Shown: positions 29,501 through 42,150 of the stretch, piece by piece
Layout of the letters: the number at the start of each line of letters is the position of its first letter
Numbering within the stretch: the stretch's first letter is position 1
DNA from: Trichoplax adhaerens
Lineage: Eukaryota; Animalia; Placozoa
Direction of reading: 5' to 3'
Assembly: GCF_000150275.1 (NCBI RefSeq)
Contig: NW_002060957.1
Location: 1,290,445 to 1,354,444, forward strand
Length of the DNA stretch: 64,000 nucleotides
Position numbers and translations under genes: made by a program
Notes under the pieces: model-generated
What the model saw: the letters and a program-made list of their open reading frames with translations, nothing else
Databases searched by the model: none
What the model was told of the DNA's origin: nothing

Positions 29501-30737
29501 AGTTTGTATTCTTGCTATGACTACGATAAAACATTGGCGTGATGGAAAAAATGAAGAGGTTTCTATTAAAGGGAGAAATTCTTGCTTACCTGATGGTAAA
29601 ATCAATAGAGCCACCCCTATTGACTAATTTCAGTTCTTCACCTGATAATGATAGGATACCACGATTTATAGAGAGCAGTTGCTTGATAAATGAATTTTGT
29701 ATATAGCGAGATGAATATCGGAGCAACTGTAAGGAATGATAGGATCCTACAAATCCCTACAATTATATTGAAGAAATAACATACCATGGTGTAAATAATT
29801 AATATCAGAATGGATAAGATATGTCGGCAGAGTAGATGGCAGCTTGGAATAGAATGATTTCTGTTGTTTAGTCTACCAGCATGTTTCAACAGTAGACCGT
29901 ATCAAATGATCTTTATTATTGTACTGTAGTTATATTTATTCTCTCGACAAAGATGCCTAAAGTCAATTTTAGCTAGTAGGTTATACTGTATCTTATCAGC
30001 AGATGGTTAGCGGCTTGTTATACCGTAGGAGTAGTACACGGTTAGAGAAATGATATAATCCATAAGACTATGACTAGCAGAAGATAAACTGCTGTGGCCA
30101 TATACTGTATATTATCATGCGATATCATTGACTCTAGCTACAATTAATTATTATAGCAACAAAGTTGAAGCAAATGCAAGACTAGTCACGAAAGATTCAT
30201 CCTTTGGATAGATCTTGTTTACTGTCGTATCAATGAGCGTATCTAGTACTCTTTTCTACTAGAAATGAATCTTGTTATTTCATCTTTCAGCAATTCTGTT
30301 CCCTTAGCTAGGTATTGTAAGCAAGAAGTAAAGAAAGTATCGCCATCCTGAATATAACCATCTACAGTAGTTGATCAATCAATAATATGAATTACAGTAT
30401 AAACATTGTTCAAGGCAGGCGTGTGGTGGGAAGATTGATCAACACGCCAATTTGTACTGTTGATTGCTATTGAAAGATGTCATATCCATTCTTTTCATTT
30501 GGTTATGATCAAGTTATGGATGAAATTATAAAAGAGATCATGACTACCATCAAGAAAGTATTGGAAGACTGAATAACTAGGACGAAAGATGGATCGATGG
30601 ATTACTCATTAACCATTGCTCACCGATGCATTCGCTGCCCATAATAATTCTTCGCTTGCATCGAAGCAAACAGCACTGGTGCTAAATTTATCGGCTTCCA
30701 CTGTAGGGATCGTGCTTAAATACTCAAAACCAGCCAT
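23576..30737 (-). CDS. PAN2: PAN2 poly(A) deadenylase catalytic subunit (WD40, pseudo-UCH, DEDD exonuclease), multi-exon
   Basis: N-terminus [12 protein letters not shown]; UCH-like [19 protein letters not shown]; Exo I VGLDTEFV, Exo [17 protein letters not shown], Exo [11 protein letters not shown]. Confidence 0.95.
25087..25136. other. Assembly gap (50 N) inside PAN2
   Basis: Run of n characters; PAN2 coding sequence may be missing here. Confidence 0.99.
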
Positions 30738-31940
30738 CTAGCTTGGTTAATCTTTCTTCCTGGTTGCCAGCTTGTACTTAATATCGCATTCTATTGGCGA
30801 TGATGAAGAATATCCACCATGCACTTTTAACCGATTAATGACGTTAGTTGAATGATGGCAGAGCAAAACAACGTCCAACGAGCTGCATCCCTTTGTCGTC
30901 AGAAGGACGACCGGACATCCATCGTCCGTCTTGTTGATAGAGCACTCTACGGTACGGTGGTACAGACTGCAGAGTGTACACTGTAGACTGTAGACTGTAG
31001 CATGGCAGAAGTTTTCTTGCATGGCCAGTGGGAATGAAGAGGTCGAAGAAAGTTGGAGAAAGAGAGAGGGAGGTGGAAATAAACCTTCTATCTTACATCT
31101 CTAGGAAGAGAAGAGACAACGTGCAATACTTTAAACTTAAACTATACCGTTAAGAGGCATTTTTGAATGAGCGTTTGGAAGGCGTAACATCTTGAAAGAT
31201 TCCCCTTTCTATCGTGTATCGTACTTTGGAAAAATGTCCATAGTCAAAGTACTGTTGCAAACACTTCTCTTTCTTATTACGCCAGTATGGACAAATTGGC
31301 CATGGTCGATTCTGGCGTCACAACACTTCTCCTACAACAAATATGGCATGAAAATGGCGTTGGCATACTAGTACTCCTGATTGAGAAAACAGCGATAGTA
31401 GTCCAATGACTAAAGGACTCTTGTTCAACCCTATAAGCCTTCGTCAATAGCGACATTAATGGCGATAGAACATACAAATTACCATATCAAGGGGGCAGGA
31501 AAATGACGTCCGCCTGTGCTAGTTGGTGCCGATCATTTTGACAACAAAAACTGCTCGATTGGCAGTGGACCTACGAGTGCGACGTCATCGGATGCATTGG
31601 ATATTCCACTTTTTGCATCAATTTGTACAAAATGGATCGCAAGTGGATAGTTTTAATAGGTACAGATAGCTCTTGACTTATCTGGTATACGAAGGTTCAT
31701 CACGATTGGACTTCTTGAAGTGTTTTACGATTCAAATACATGAAAGAAAACGGATCCCATGAGTCTTAGCCGTACAGACGGTCATAAGAGAGACTACTAA
31801 AAACGGATCAAGATCCACGCGTCTCGTAATCGTCTTAGCGATTTCGAGATACTAAATCAACACAATATTTCCTTTCGAGCAGGCTTTCATGATGCCCTAC
31901 TTGCCTAAGCAAATGGGCCAAGTTTGAACGAAATGAAGAG

Positions 31941-31985
31941 TCGCAACTCCCTACTCTTCGGAGTCAGAAGAATAGGGAGTTGCGA
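31941..31985. repeat. Inverted repeat (19-bp arms, 1 mismatch, 7-nt loop)
   Basis: tcgcaactccctactcttc-ggagtca-gaagaatagggagttgcga. Confidence 0.85.
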
Positions 31986-34847
31986 AAAACCTCCATTGAT
32001 TTTGCTAAGAATTGGCACATCAATTTGGATAAATACCTGCAAGATATAGTGTATAAACATAGACATTTCAGCGGGATTTCACGAAAGGTCTAGCAGTCCT
32101 TCGGACTGGACCGTACAGCATGCGCTAGAAATAAGGTCACCCAAGTGGATCATAATGACTTTAAGATCGTAAAGCATTAAGTACGGCGACATGGATATAT
32201 CAACCGCTGTTGCCTTGCAACGAATAATCAGATTAAGAATAAATAGAGAAACTGTAACTAGCATGAATAATGTATGCTGTCAAGTGCTAGTGCCATTTGC
32301 GATTATTGCTTTATGTTGTGATAATACGATGTAATCCTTCTGTTGAAGAGATTTAATCTGAAATGGGATAGAGAGACTGGATTGATCAACTATGACTGGA
32401 ATTGCTTCAAATACTTTCGCTAACTCAGTAGTTTCATCATACAGAGACTATAGTGATGCAATGTTAAAGTTCTTCACCGCGTTATAAGGGCCTATTTTAT
32501 TCTTTTATTTCCAAATTCATTACCCTACACTATATACAACATTGCTGTTTGCGATATTAAAATCTCCAGAACATGATCTTACTGCTTACAAAATTTGGAA
32601 ATAAAGTTTGGACGCATCTTTCATACAGAACTAAATAAGATGTGTCCAGACTTTCCGGGCACCCTCAGTAACATTTAGAGTGTACGCTATCGAACCCATA
32701 CTCCCGTTTAAGTCTGATGATTTGCCCATTTTAAGATTGGATACGATTGCACTACATAGAAGCTGGTTAAATGGGTGGTAGTTGATCATCAGTCGTTAAT
32801 GCACTCTGGTGTCATTTTTTGCCGCCAGTAAATATATTTATCATTTCAATGCTTTGCAAGAATAAGGAAATGGCGACCATCCATATACCAAGCATACAAT
32901 GCACATTCAGTAAATGAGGTGTTGTAAGCTCGGTGAGATCGGCTAATTCAGCAGATAGATCTATGTTAGCCATGGTAGGTTAAGACTCAACTTAAGAGTA
33001 TCGATGTGCGAAAAAAATAGAGAAGGATAACAGCAGAATGGATATATTTAGAAAAGGTTTTATTCAAACAGGATCATGTATATTACAAAGCCTGACCAAC
33101 GTGTAAGAGTTGGAAGCAGAAAAGTAAATAATGTCCGTATAACGACTAATTATTTATACCAATGAAATAGCGCTATAATTACAAAAACAACTTATATCGT
33201 CCTATAGTACTATAACATTTTATCTACTATACAATGAGTCAAAGAAAAATATTTCGACGATATCGTATCCCATTATCCTTGTTTTCACGTATCGCTAGCC
33301 ATATAGTGCAGCAAGTAATGTAGGGGATATAAATGATTTGATGATGTTACACTTTTATATATTGAAAGCATGCATGGGCCAGCAAGTACTTCGATTTGAA
33401 GACCTAATTATAGTATTTGCTGATTGCTCAGGGTACTCCGACTAAAGTTTTAGACACACTTACGATTTTAATTCTTTATTCAGTTGTTATAGCTAACTGT
33501 ACGGGAAATCGCATATAATTACAGCTTTGCGTTGTGTGATCAGCTTCTAACTAACCGAGACGGTAACAACCGCAGTTTGAGCTAAAATAGCTAGCGGTAA
33601 AGTAGAATATACACATGGATAGAAGAAGTTGTCTGTAGGATCAAACGTAGACTAGTATTAATTGCATTACTACAGAAACAATGATTAAAAGATTAAATTT
33701 TGCTTTATGTCAAGTTGCCTAGAAGTTTTGCTGAATTAACGAGAATAAAGATTACGTAATTTATATGATCTCCTTGTGTCAAAGCCGGAGTCGTGACACA
33801 CCCTTAACTAATTCTGTTTAGCAGCACTATGGAAGCTCACGACCAAGTATTACAATGCGATCATAAAATTGGATTAACATTTTAAATCCTCGAGCGTTCA
33901 TAACTTTGATAGCTCATACGAGAATAATCTTTTGGATCTTTGGCTATTGATCGTCAAATGAATAAAAATACTCAATTGGGCTAAAGTTATGAGCACTATT
34001 TGTTCATAAGGTTAGGGGGAATAGGACTAGTAATGCATAAAATATCATCGTATGAAAGCCGTTTCTTATGGATATTGCGTCATTGGCAATAGAAACTAGT
34101 TCAGGCCTTGTCAGGATTAGCCTGAAACATTTGATCTTCAGAATATTGTGCAGAAGCTATTTAATATTAATGGGATACGAATAAAAGTAGAGAGAGCGTA
34201 ATTAAAGCTTATGAGGAATAAGCAAGCTACCCAAAAACTGAGCAAACAATGCATCTTAATGTGTTCATATCATATTTTGCTTACAAGAGATCATATGATA
34301 TTATGGCTGCTGTTAGAAAGTTTAGGAAATGCGTGAACAAATGCATATTCGAAAAACAACCTTTTCTACCTGGAATACTAACAGCCTTATCCTACCATTT
34401 CAAGGAAATATAGCAGTCACGATCATGAAACTAGGCCTACCTAACATGACTAGAACCTCAATCACGTATATTATTTATACGTTATGTTATACATACATAC
34501 ATACTTAGAGGTACAAACAATCATTAAATTCTATTTTGAGTTGCAAATTGGCTGTGTCGTATCTAAATTATTTAAGTAAACAACGAAAATACTTGAAAAG
34601 TTCCAACGTATGAAGAGACTTTGCGAGAAAAATTAACTATACTTAGTTGTTATATATGTACATAATCAAGGATTGCTTGACAAATTAAATTATCATATCA
34701 TTCATACAATTTGTTTTTGAATCCCTTCTTTCTCGCTAGAACTAATAATACTGGGCTTTATGCAATGGGATAATGGCACTGTATGATGCTGAATTAACAC
34801 TTATTGAAACTTGCAATGAATAATGTTGTCGAATAAAATGAATGCCA

Positions 34848-35165
34848 GTACAGTGTCTTACATTGTTTACGTCGTTCCGTGTTAGTTCCTATGGAAATTA
34901 ATCTTATTTCAGTGCTTAACTACATCTTATTGAGCCTATCAATAAATCGCGTTATCCAATTAAATGAATGTGAGCATGGCGTCTAACATTTTTTACGTCA
35001 TTTCAAGTTAGTCCCGAGAGAATTAATCCTATTTCAGAGCTCAATTAAATCTTACTGGAAACATAAATAAATCATGTTGTTGGATGGCGTGATTGCCGGC
35101 ACAGTGTCTTACATTATTTACGTAGTTCCAGACTATTCCCCAAGGAGATTAATCCTGTTTCCGTC
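34848..35165. repeat. Three diverged ~125-bp tandem units upstream of the neuropeptide promoter
   Basis: Recurring gtct(t/a)acatt..TTTACGT..ATTAATC at ~125-bp spacing (34866/34992/35117 and 34897/35022/35148). Confidence 0.7.
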
Positions 35166-35272
35166 TTGATTATTAATTTGGCAAGAATATAGCCACAAAT
35201 AAAAGACAAAGTAATTCTGAACATTATAGCTCTACATCCACTAGTTTTATTGTTTCTGAAAAGTAATTAACG

Positions 35273-35325
35273 TATAAAAGCCTTCACAACTTATTTTCAC
35301 TCTTACATCAAGTTTTTTTCGCCAG
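35273..35325 (+). promoter_or_regulatory. TATA box and short non-coding first exon of the neuropeptide gene
   Basis: TATAAAAG at 35273-35280, strong donor ccag|gtaaga at 35325/6, acceptor taacag at 35536 just upstream of ATG 35557. Confidence 0.6.
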
Positions 35326-35556
35326 GTAAGACTAATGGGCAAAAAATCGATCACTTTCTGAAAACTCCACTCTTATACTTTAAGCTGTATTTTTTTAATA
35401 TTGGCATCATCATTATCCGTAACTTAAGGTTCTATCTTTCTTAGCAGCAGGGCTAAACTCTAACCATATTATTTGCTTACGAATACAACTTTATTTTACG
35501 TAAACTTATTTAGCGTTCTTTATTTTATCCTAACAGAACGAACCTTCAAAATCAAA

Positions 35557-38500
35557 ATGAGGTCAATTATTCTTATTTGCTTGTTATTCCTTTTCGCTGC
35601 AAAAGTGAATTCTGAATCGTTTGATTCAGATGACAAAAGAGATCTATTCTCAGATGAACACCAACGAAACAATGATGAAAACGTTGTAGAAGATGGTGCT
35701 TCCATAAGCAGACAGTTTGCCTCAGAAAACGACGAAGACAACAATGAGGATCAGGTATATTCATAATCAATAAAATTAATATCGTCTTGAAGGAAATTTA
35801 CTTCTCCGGACAGACATTATATCACTAGAATAAGGTGAAGACCATGGAGTGAACGCCTATATCGAAATTTCTTAATTAGACTGTACGATGTTTAATTTAC
35901 GGCATAACTAGATATGATTTAAATACATTATTGATAGTCAAATAAGATGACAAGATAGCTAGTCAATTCTATTGATTGGCCAGTACATATTCGCAATGTA
36001 AAGCAATAACTATCGAGATCTAATGAAAATGTCTTCATCATTATTAGCAAGTCTTACAAAACAGCTTTGCAACAAGATTTGCAACAAGATAACATAATGC
36101 GCAATCAATCAGTCAATTCCCTGAACCACGTATCAGGGAGCAATATCTACTCATTCAGGAATACTCTTCCTATACCAGTAGACTACAGAAAGACTTAGAC
36201 GCCTCGTATCTTACGTTAAGCACTAATCATAATAACTAACTTTACTTTACGATTTATCGCATTTATATACTCTGTTACAATAGCAAAGACATCTTAGTTA
36301 GTAATGTTGGCGTTGAAACTTGATAATGAATCAAAAGCTAATTTTATCTACTGCTACCTAATGAAGACAACAGTATTTACGAACATAGACCTCAAATGAC
36401 TAATAAAAAGTTATCAGATTACAATATGTTCTATTACGGAACATTTCTACGATAATCTACTATCTACCATAAGTAAATTACTATTACAGTGATTTGAATT
36501 TATAAGAAGATTATTCTCGATTCCCTAATCAAATTACTAGTTTCAGTAGGCTGTATATATCACCATAAAAACTATTGCTATATTTAAATATCACATATCT
36601 AAACTAGAAACCCTTCATAAAAGGGTAAATCAACAAAAGTATCCTAACATAGATGTTTCTACTATAATCTCGATATTACAGTGTATAACACTGTAACAGT
36701 GTCACAAACCAGCTTCGTGACAAGGATTACGTAAAATAAATCTCTAAATTACTATGGTCTTCCAGAATTCAGTATCCCTTAACTACCTCATAAGAATTTA
36801 GACGCCTTTGATTCTACGTTAAAACAACTATACAATTGAGAACTGCTTTATTCAACTATCTCACGGGTTTATATACCCTTCTACAGTAGCTAACATTCAC
36901 AAGTCATCTTATAAAAATACTTGGGTGAGAACATCTACTAACTAGTTTTTCACAGTCGGACTACAATATGCCCATTCACAGAATCATTTCAGTACACATT
37001 ACAGTACAGCAATAAATTTACTGTAACACATTTATAATTAGGGTAATTCCTATTGTAAGTGACTAGTTGTAATATAATATCACTACATTATATTAACCAA
37101 ATTTAGATATCTATTTCTTCACGGTAGTTCGTACCGTGACAAACAGTAAGTGACTAAAGTAGATAGAGAAGGATATACATTGGCGGATTGCATTTTATCA
37201 GATTATGAATTAAGGTATGCCACTGTCACAAGCTAGCTGTGAATGCAACGCGCGATCGTACTCTAGAGCTCTAGCTAACCTATGGACTAGTCTAATGTAA
37301 TACTGAATACCGTAGTTTAACCTTAACGACAACCTAAGTAGCACGTCTTAGCTGGTTTATGTTATAATAAAACTTTATTAACACAGTAAAGACCTTGACA
37401 ACCAAGACTAACATAGACTCGAGTCAGTGACACTAGATCAGATCGGAAGAACAATCACTGCTAACTGACTATTCAGAACCCCTGAGCATATAGAGAACAG
37501 CGGCTCCTTCTATACTCTCATTCTAGTATCCTAGTACATACTAGATGAACTTTAGCATAGAATCAATATACTATAGTATAAGCGATGCCTATATTTTAGG
37601 CTGCTGCATACGAATTTAAAATTCGTAAGACAATAACTTATAAAGGTGTTGTTAGCAAACTAAACAAATTTGCCTAATAAACGCTCTAATTGCTTGAAAA
37701 ATTGCGATTTCATCATGTTCCTTCATAAAGTGTATTTGGTACTACAGTATAGTATAGTAAATAAAGGCATCTAATAGCAAATATCATTGTTGAACGCTTA
37801 GCTTGCAATTCAGCGCAAAAGAAACAGCATAAATTAGTCATTAATTTGCGATATTTAATTCATATTAGATGACAGAATTATTTACTACAATATTGAGATT
37901 TAGGTGATTTTCGTGTTTGAATAGAAAGCTTAATACTACTTTGAAAGCCTGGTAGGCAAAAATATACTCTCATGAGCATGTTGATACTACAGTGTTTAAA
38001 TGCTTTTTGCGACAGATTTATAAAGACAAATAGCACTACGCGTGATTTCTTTATGAAATTCGGCAGATTATGCGTAGTAGAAATACTGTTATACGTAGGT
38101 ATGTCAAAATTAAACCCAACTGTCATATTTAAAATTTTTAATATAGCCCTTAAAAGACATCTAATAAATCGACGATCATCATTATTTTTATATGAGTGTA
38201 TCTGCGATACCATGGACATAAGATATTGGTAAAAGAAAATATACATATTTGGTTAAATTTCTACTTATCGGCAAAAATTTATGTTTATTTAATTATCCTA
38301 AAATTAAATAATATGCACACGCAATTATATTACAAGATATAGTGCCTATAGATAATGATACTGCGTACCTTTAGATTAACATGAAAAACAAATTAATATG
38401 TATGGCTATTCACGAGTATCGTATACTATAGTGAATTTTACAGCAATAAGAATAAGTTTTATTTCATTAATATTGTTATATTTGATATATACTTTAATCT

Positions 38501-40882
38501 ATTATTGCATAATAATTTGCAATATTACAATTCCGAAAAGATGATACTAAAAATAACTAATCAATTATAAAAAACTCTTCACTTTAGATACCTCCTTTGG
38601 GAAAATCTTTCGAACTTCCTGTAAGTAAATAGATAGCGCTACTATAATTATAGACAATGTGTCTGCACTACTATGGGCATAGCTATGTCATCTGCACTAC
38701 TATGTGTAACAACTATTCTCAAAATTATTATTAATAAATTACTTATTATAAAATTTCTTGACTTTAGGAACACAGACGCGGAAAGTCTTTCGAATTTCCT
38801 GTAAGTCTATAGATATCGATACTATAGCCTGCAATAATACTATTCTTAAAGGCAATACTATTAAACAGCTCCTTATAAAACTTCTTGACTTTAGGAACAC
38901 AGACGCGGAAAGTCTTTCGAATTTCCTGTAAGTCTATAGATATCGATACTATAGTCTGCAATGATACTATTTTAAAGGCAATACTATTAAACGGCTCCTT
39001 ATAAAACTTCTTGACTTTAGGAACGCAGACGCGGAAAGTCTTTCGAACTTCCTGTAAGTCTATAGATATCGATACTATAGTCTGCAATGATACTATTTTA
39101 AAGGCAATACTATTAAACGGCTCCTTATAAAACTTCTTGACTTTAGGAACGCAGACGCGGAAAGTCTTTCGAACTTCCTGTAAGTCTATAGATATCGATA
39201 CTATAGTCTGCAATGATACTATTTTAAAGGCAATACTATTAAACAGCTCCTTATAAAACTTCTTGACTTTAGGAACGCAGACGCGGAAAGTCTTTCGAAC
39301 TTCCTGTAAGTCTATAGATATCGATACTATAGTCTGCAATGATACTATTTTAAAGGCAATACTATTAAACGGCTCCTTATAAAACTTCTTGACTTTAGGA
39401 ACGCAGACGCGGAAAGTCTTTCGAACTTCCTGTAAGTCTATAGATATCGATACTATAGCCTGCAATAATACTATTCTTAAAGGCAATACTATTAAATGAC
39501 TTCTTATAAAATTTCTTGACTTTAGGAACGCAGACGCGGAAAGTCTTTCGAATTTCCTGTACGTCTATAGATATCGATACTATAGCCTGCAATAATACTA
39601 TTTTAAAGGCAATACTATTAAACGGCTCCATATAAAATTTCTTGACTTTAGGAACACAGACGCGGAAAGTCTTTCGAATTTCCAGTACGTTAGTAGATAT
39701 CGAAATATTGATCTGCGATAGTACTATTGTCAAAGCGATATTAGTTTATCAAAAATTATAAAAATTTTTGCAATATGAACAATTTTTTGTAAATATTTCT
39801 ATCGATACAATTATGGAATTTGTGTAGTTTTACTGTTGGCCATTAAATCCCTACAAAATCAAGTGATTGATATCCGCATTCTCAAATAATATTAGTGCAA
39901 TACTAATTGTGATAAATTTCTATGTTTCAGGAACGCAGACGCTGGAAATAATTAAATTAGGTTAAATCTTCCGTATGTTACATAGGTAAGAATTTTGTAT
40001 TAATTAGCTAGCGTAGAATATAAACCGATATTCTTACAAATTTATTTACCAACTCCAAACATTTATAAATATCACACGAGTAATATCATCTGTGGAATAT
40101 CATTACAGCAGACATATTTTAGATAAAGATTTCAAAATATTTGACAGTAATATTCTAACAATCCGAGCATTAAACCGCAAATATTATGATGTTTTATATT
40201 TCTACGACACCTCAGACTTATTTGTGAGAATTTTCTATAAACCATTGCGGTGTCAGGAATCGACGTAAATTAATTCCGATGAATAACAATTATATCTAAT
40301 TATCTATCCAAATAGCAATTATCATAAATCAACACTATTTAATTGCGATAAGTAACAACTATATCTGCTCGTCTATTCAACTACTACAGCTGCCCATTAT
40401 TAATCGTTATACAATACAGTTCAACAACACATACAACATTCTGCTTCATATTCGCGCACTTAGTCGATTTTTGATAGTAGACTGTTATCCTAAATGCATT
40501 AGAAATGCCGGATAGCCATATTTGAAAACAAATCTAATGACTCACTAATAATGATAACTTCTTTACAAAAGGAAGGCCGAAGATGTAGCGCTAAGGAAAA
40601 AAAGAACTTTGATCTAATCTTCAATAATTTGAATAGTGTAGTATTAAGTCATTGTTAGTAAATATTAAACCACTCAACCATCTTAAACTTTAATTAACGA
40701 TACTGATCATATCTCAACGTGGGTGTGTAGCTTAGAAGTTTAAATTATGCTCCTCTAATTTGTACTGTAGTTTGAGTCCTTTACTAATTTTTTCTAATTA
40801 ACGATAGCTAAATGTATTGTTCCAATTTGGTAATTTGTTTCGTGATGTATTAGCAAGGCGTGAAGGAGAAATAAAACAATAA
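35557..40882 (+). CDS. ELPE-type neuropeptide precursor. Exons: 35557-35754; nine 33-nt microexons (38588-38620, 38768-38800, 38895-38927, 39021-39053, 39147-39179, 39273-39305, 39399-39431, 39526-39558, 39652-39684); last exon 40808-40882 (~189 aa)
   Basis: Signal peptide MRSIILICLLFLFAAKVNS and acidic propeptide with KR. Spliced repeats IPPLGKSFELP / EHRRGKSFEFP / ERRRGKSFELP give GKSFE(L/F)PE(H) peptides flanked by RR/RRR. Terminal exon LNVLFQFGNLFRDVLARREGEIKQ*. As I recall, GKSFELPE is a described placozoan peptide. Confidence 0.9.
38740..39720. repeat. Near-identical 126/127-bp tandem repeat (~8 units), each one microexon plus one intron
   Basis: Unit ...cttgactttag|gaac(a/g)cagacgcggaaagtctttcgaa(c/t)ttcc(t/a)|gta(a/c)gt... 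with exon-start spacings 127,126,126,126,126,127,126. Confidence 0.97.
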
Positions 40883-41944
40883 TATCATACAAGCTAGAAA
40901 TCGATGTGAATAAAAATATCTATCTATTTTTCATTAAATAGCTAAGTTTAATACAAACATCATTAACTAAATCACTGTAGAATTACTTAGAAATTGCTAA
41001 AGCAAGTTTATAAATTATCAAGTAATCAAGCTGGATTAATTTAGCACTGAAGAAATATGGATCTCATGGTATGTTTAAATTTTATTCAGAGACATATCAA
41101 AGACAACCAATTTCGTGGCAAAAATAGCCTTCTATTCTTAGATCAGTTACCATGTCATATCAATCTATAGTAAAACAGAAGCTATGGACGGCTATATTTC
41201 AGTAGAATCTAGAAATGCAAAACCAAGTAATAGAATAAGTAGAAAGAATAAAGAAAATATATATTATAGGCCATAACAATATAGCGGAAAGTATCTGAAA
41301 AATCGATTTGTAACGAACAACTGACGACAGAATAATTTAAATCAGTTCTAACGATGAAATCAAAATTTTGAAGTGAATATAATCGTATCACAGTATCAAG
41401 GCTGCAGTTATTACGAGTAATCGTCAGCTCTCGATATAATAAAAATTTTATTTAGTAGATCTTAAGTTAACATCAATAGTATTTATGTGAGATCTTTCGA
41501 GTATCAATCAGTAAATGCCAATATTGATACCATTAACTGATAATAGAAAAGATGCCTTAGCCTTATCAAATACGTACAGGTAATACACGAAATTTGTTTA
41601 AAATAGCTAATCTCAAAGCTAGTAATAGCTATGTTTTGGTAGCTATTGTCTTGTTTGCCTTTAGATAACTTAATTTACGATATTCAAGGGGGAAAATTAG
41701 CCCTTATTTTATCGATTTCTCTTGTTTTCACTTCCATTAGGGTTGGTTATAGGCAAGTTTAATTACGAGATAAGTGCAAGGACTAATTTGATAATATACC
41801 CGTTTGAGAACGAAGTTCAGTAAATTTATGAAATAGTCGGTTTGCAAAATGCCCAGTCAATTCATGAAATACTTATTCAGTTCGCGAAAATGCGTACTTA
41901 ATGACAAAGTTAGCTTTATATACTTGCCCATACTATAATAATTA

Positions 41945-42150
41945 TTAACAAGTAAATCAGAGAATTGTTTTTCTTCATTGACTGCCAATTTATTGCAATA
42001 ATCTAAACGATCAAAAAATATACGAGCGTTATGACCGCTAAATCAGTGCAAGAATATTGCCAAGTAAATCAGAAAATGTATACTTTTTTTTGATTAAATA
42101 ATAATAACTGAGTGCCAAATTAATGCAGTAATTCGAATAATCAATAAATA
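41945..42150. repeat. Two diverged ~110-bp tandem units
   Basis: caagtaaatcaga...tgccaa(t/a)tt.atgca.taat recurs at ~41950 and ~42062. Confidence 0.5.

Noticed and set aside
37878-38246. Overlapping ORFs inside the neuropeptide intron
   Set aside because: AT-rich composition with no domain similarity or splice support.
38740-39720. CRISPR-like array
   Set aside because: The spacers are near-identical rather than unique, the context is eukaryotic and there are no cas genes.
38764-39733. Minus-strand repetitive ORFs (240 aa and 112 aa)
   Set aside because: Shadow frames of the 126-bp repeat. They break at the 127-bp units, while the + strand has clean splice signals and a coherent peptide.
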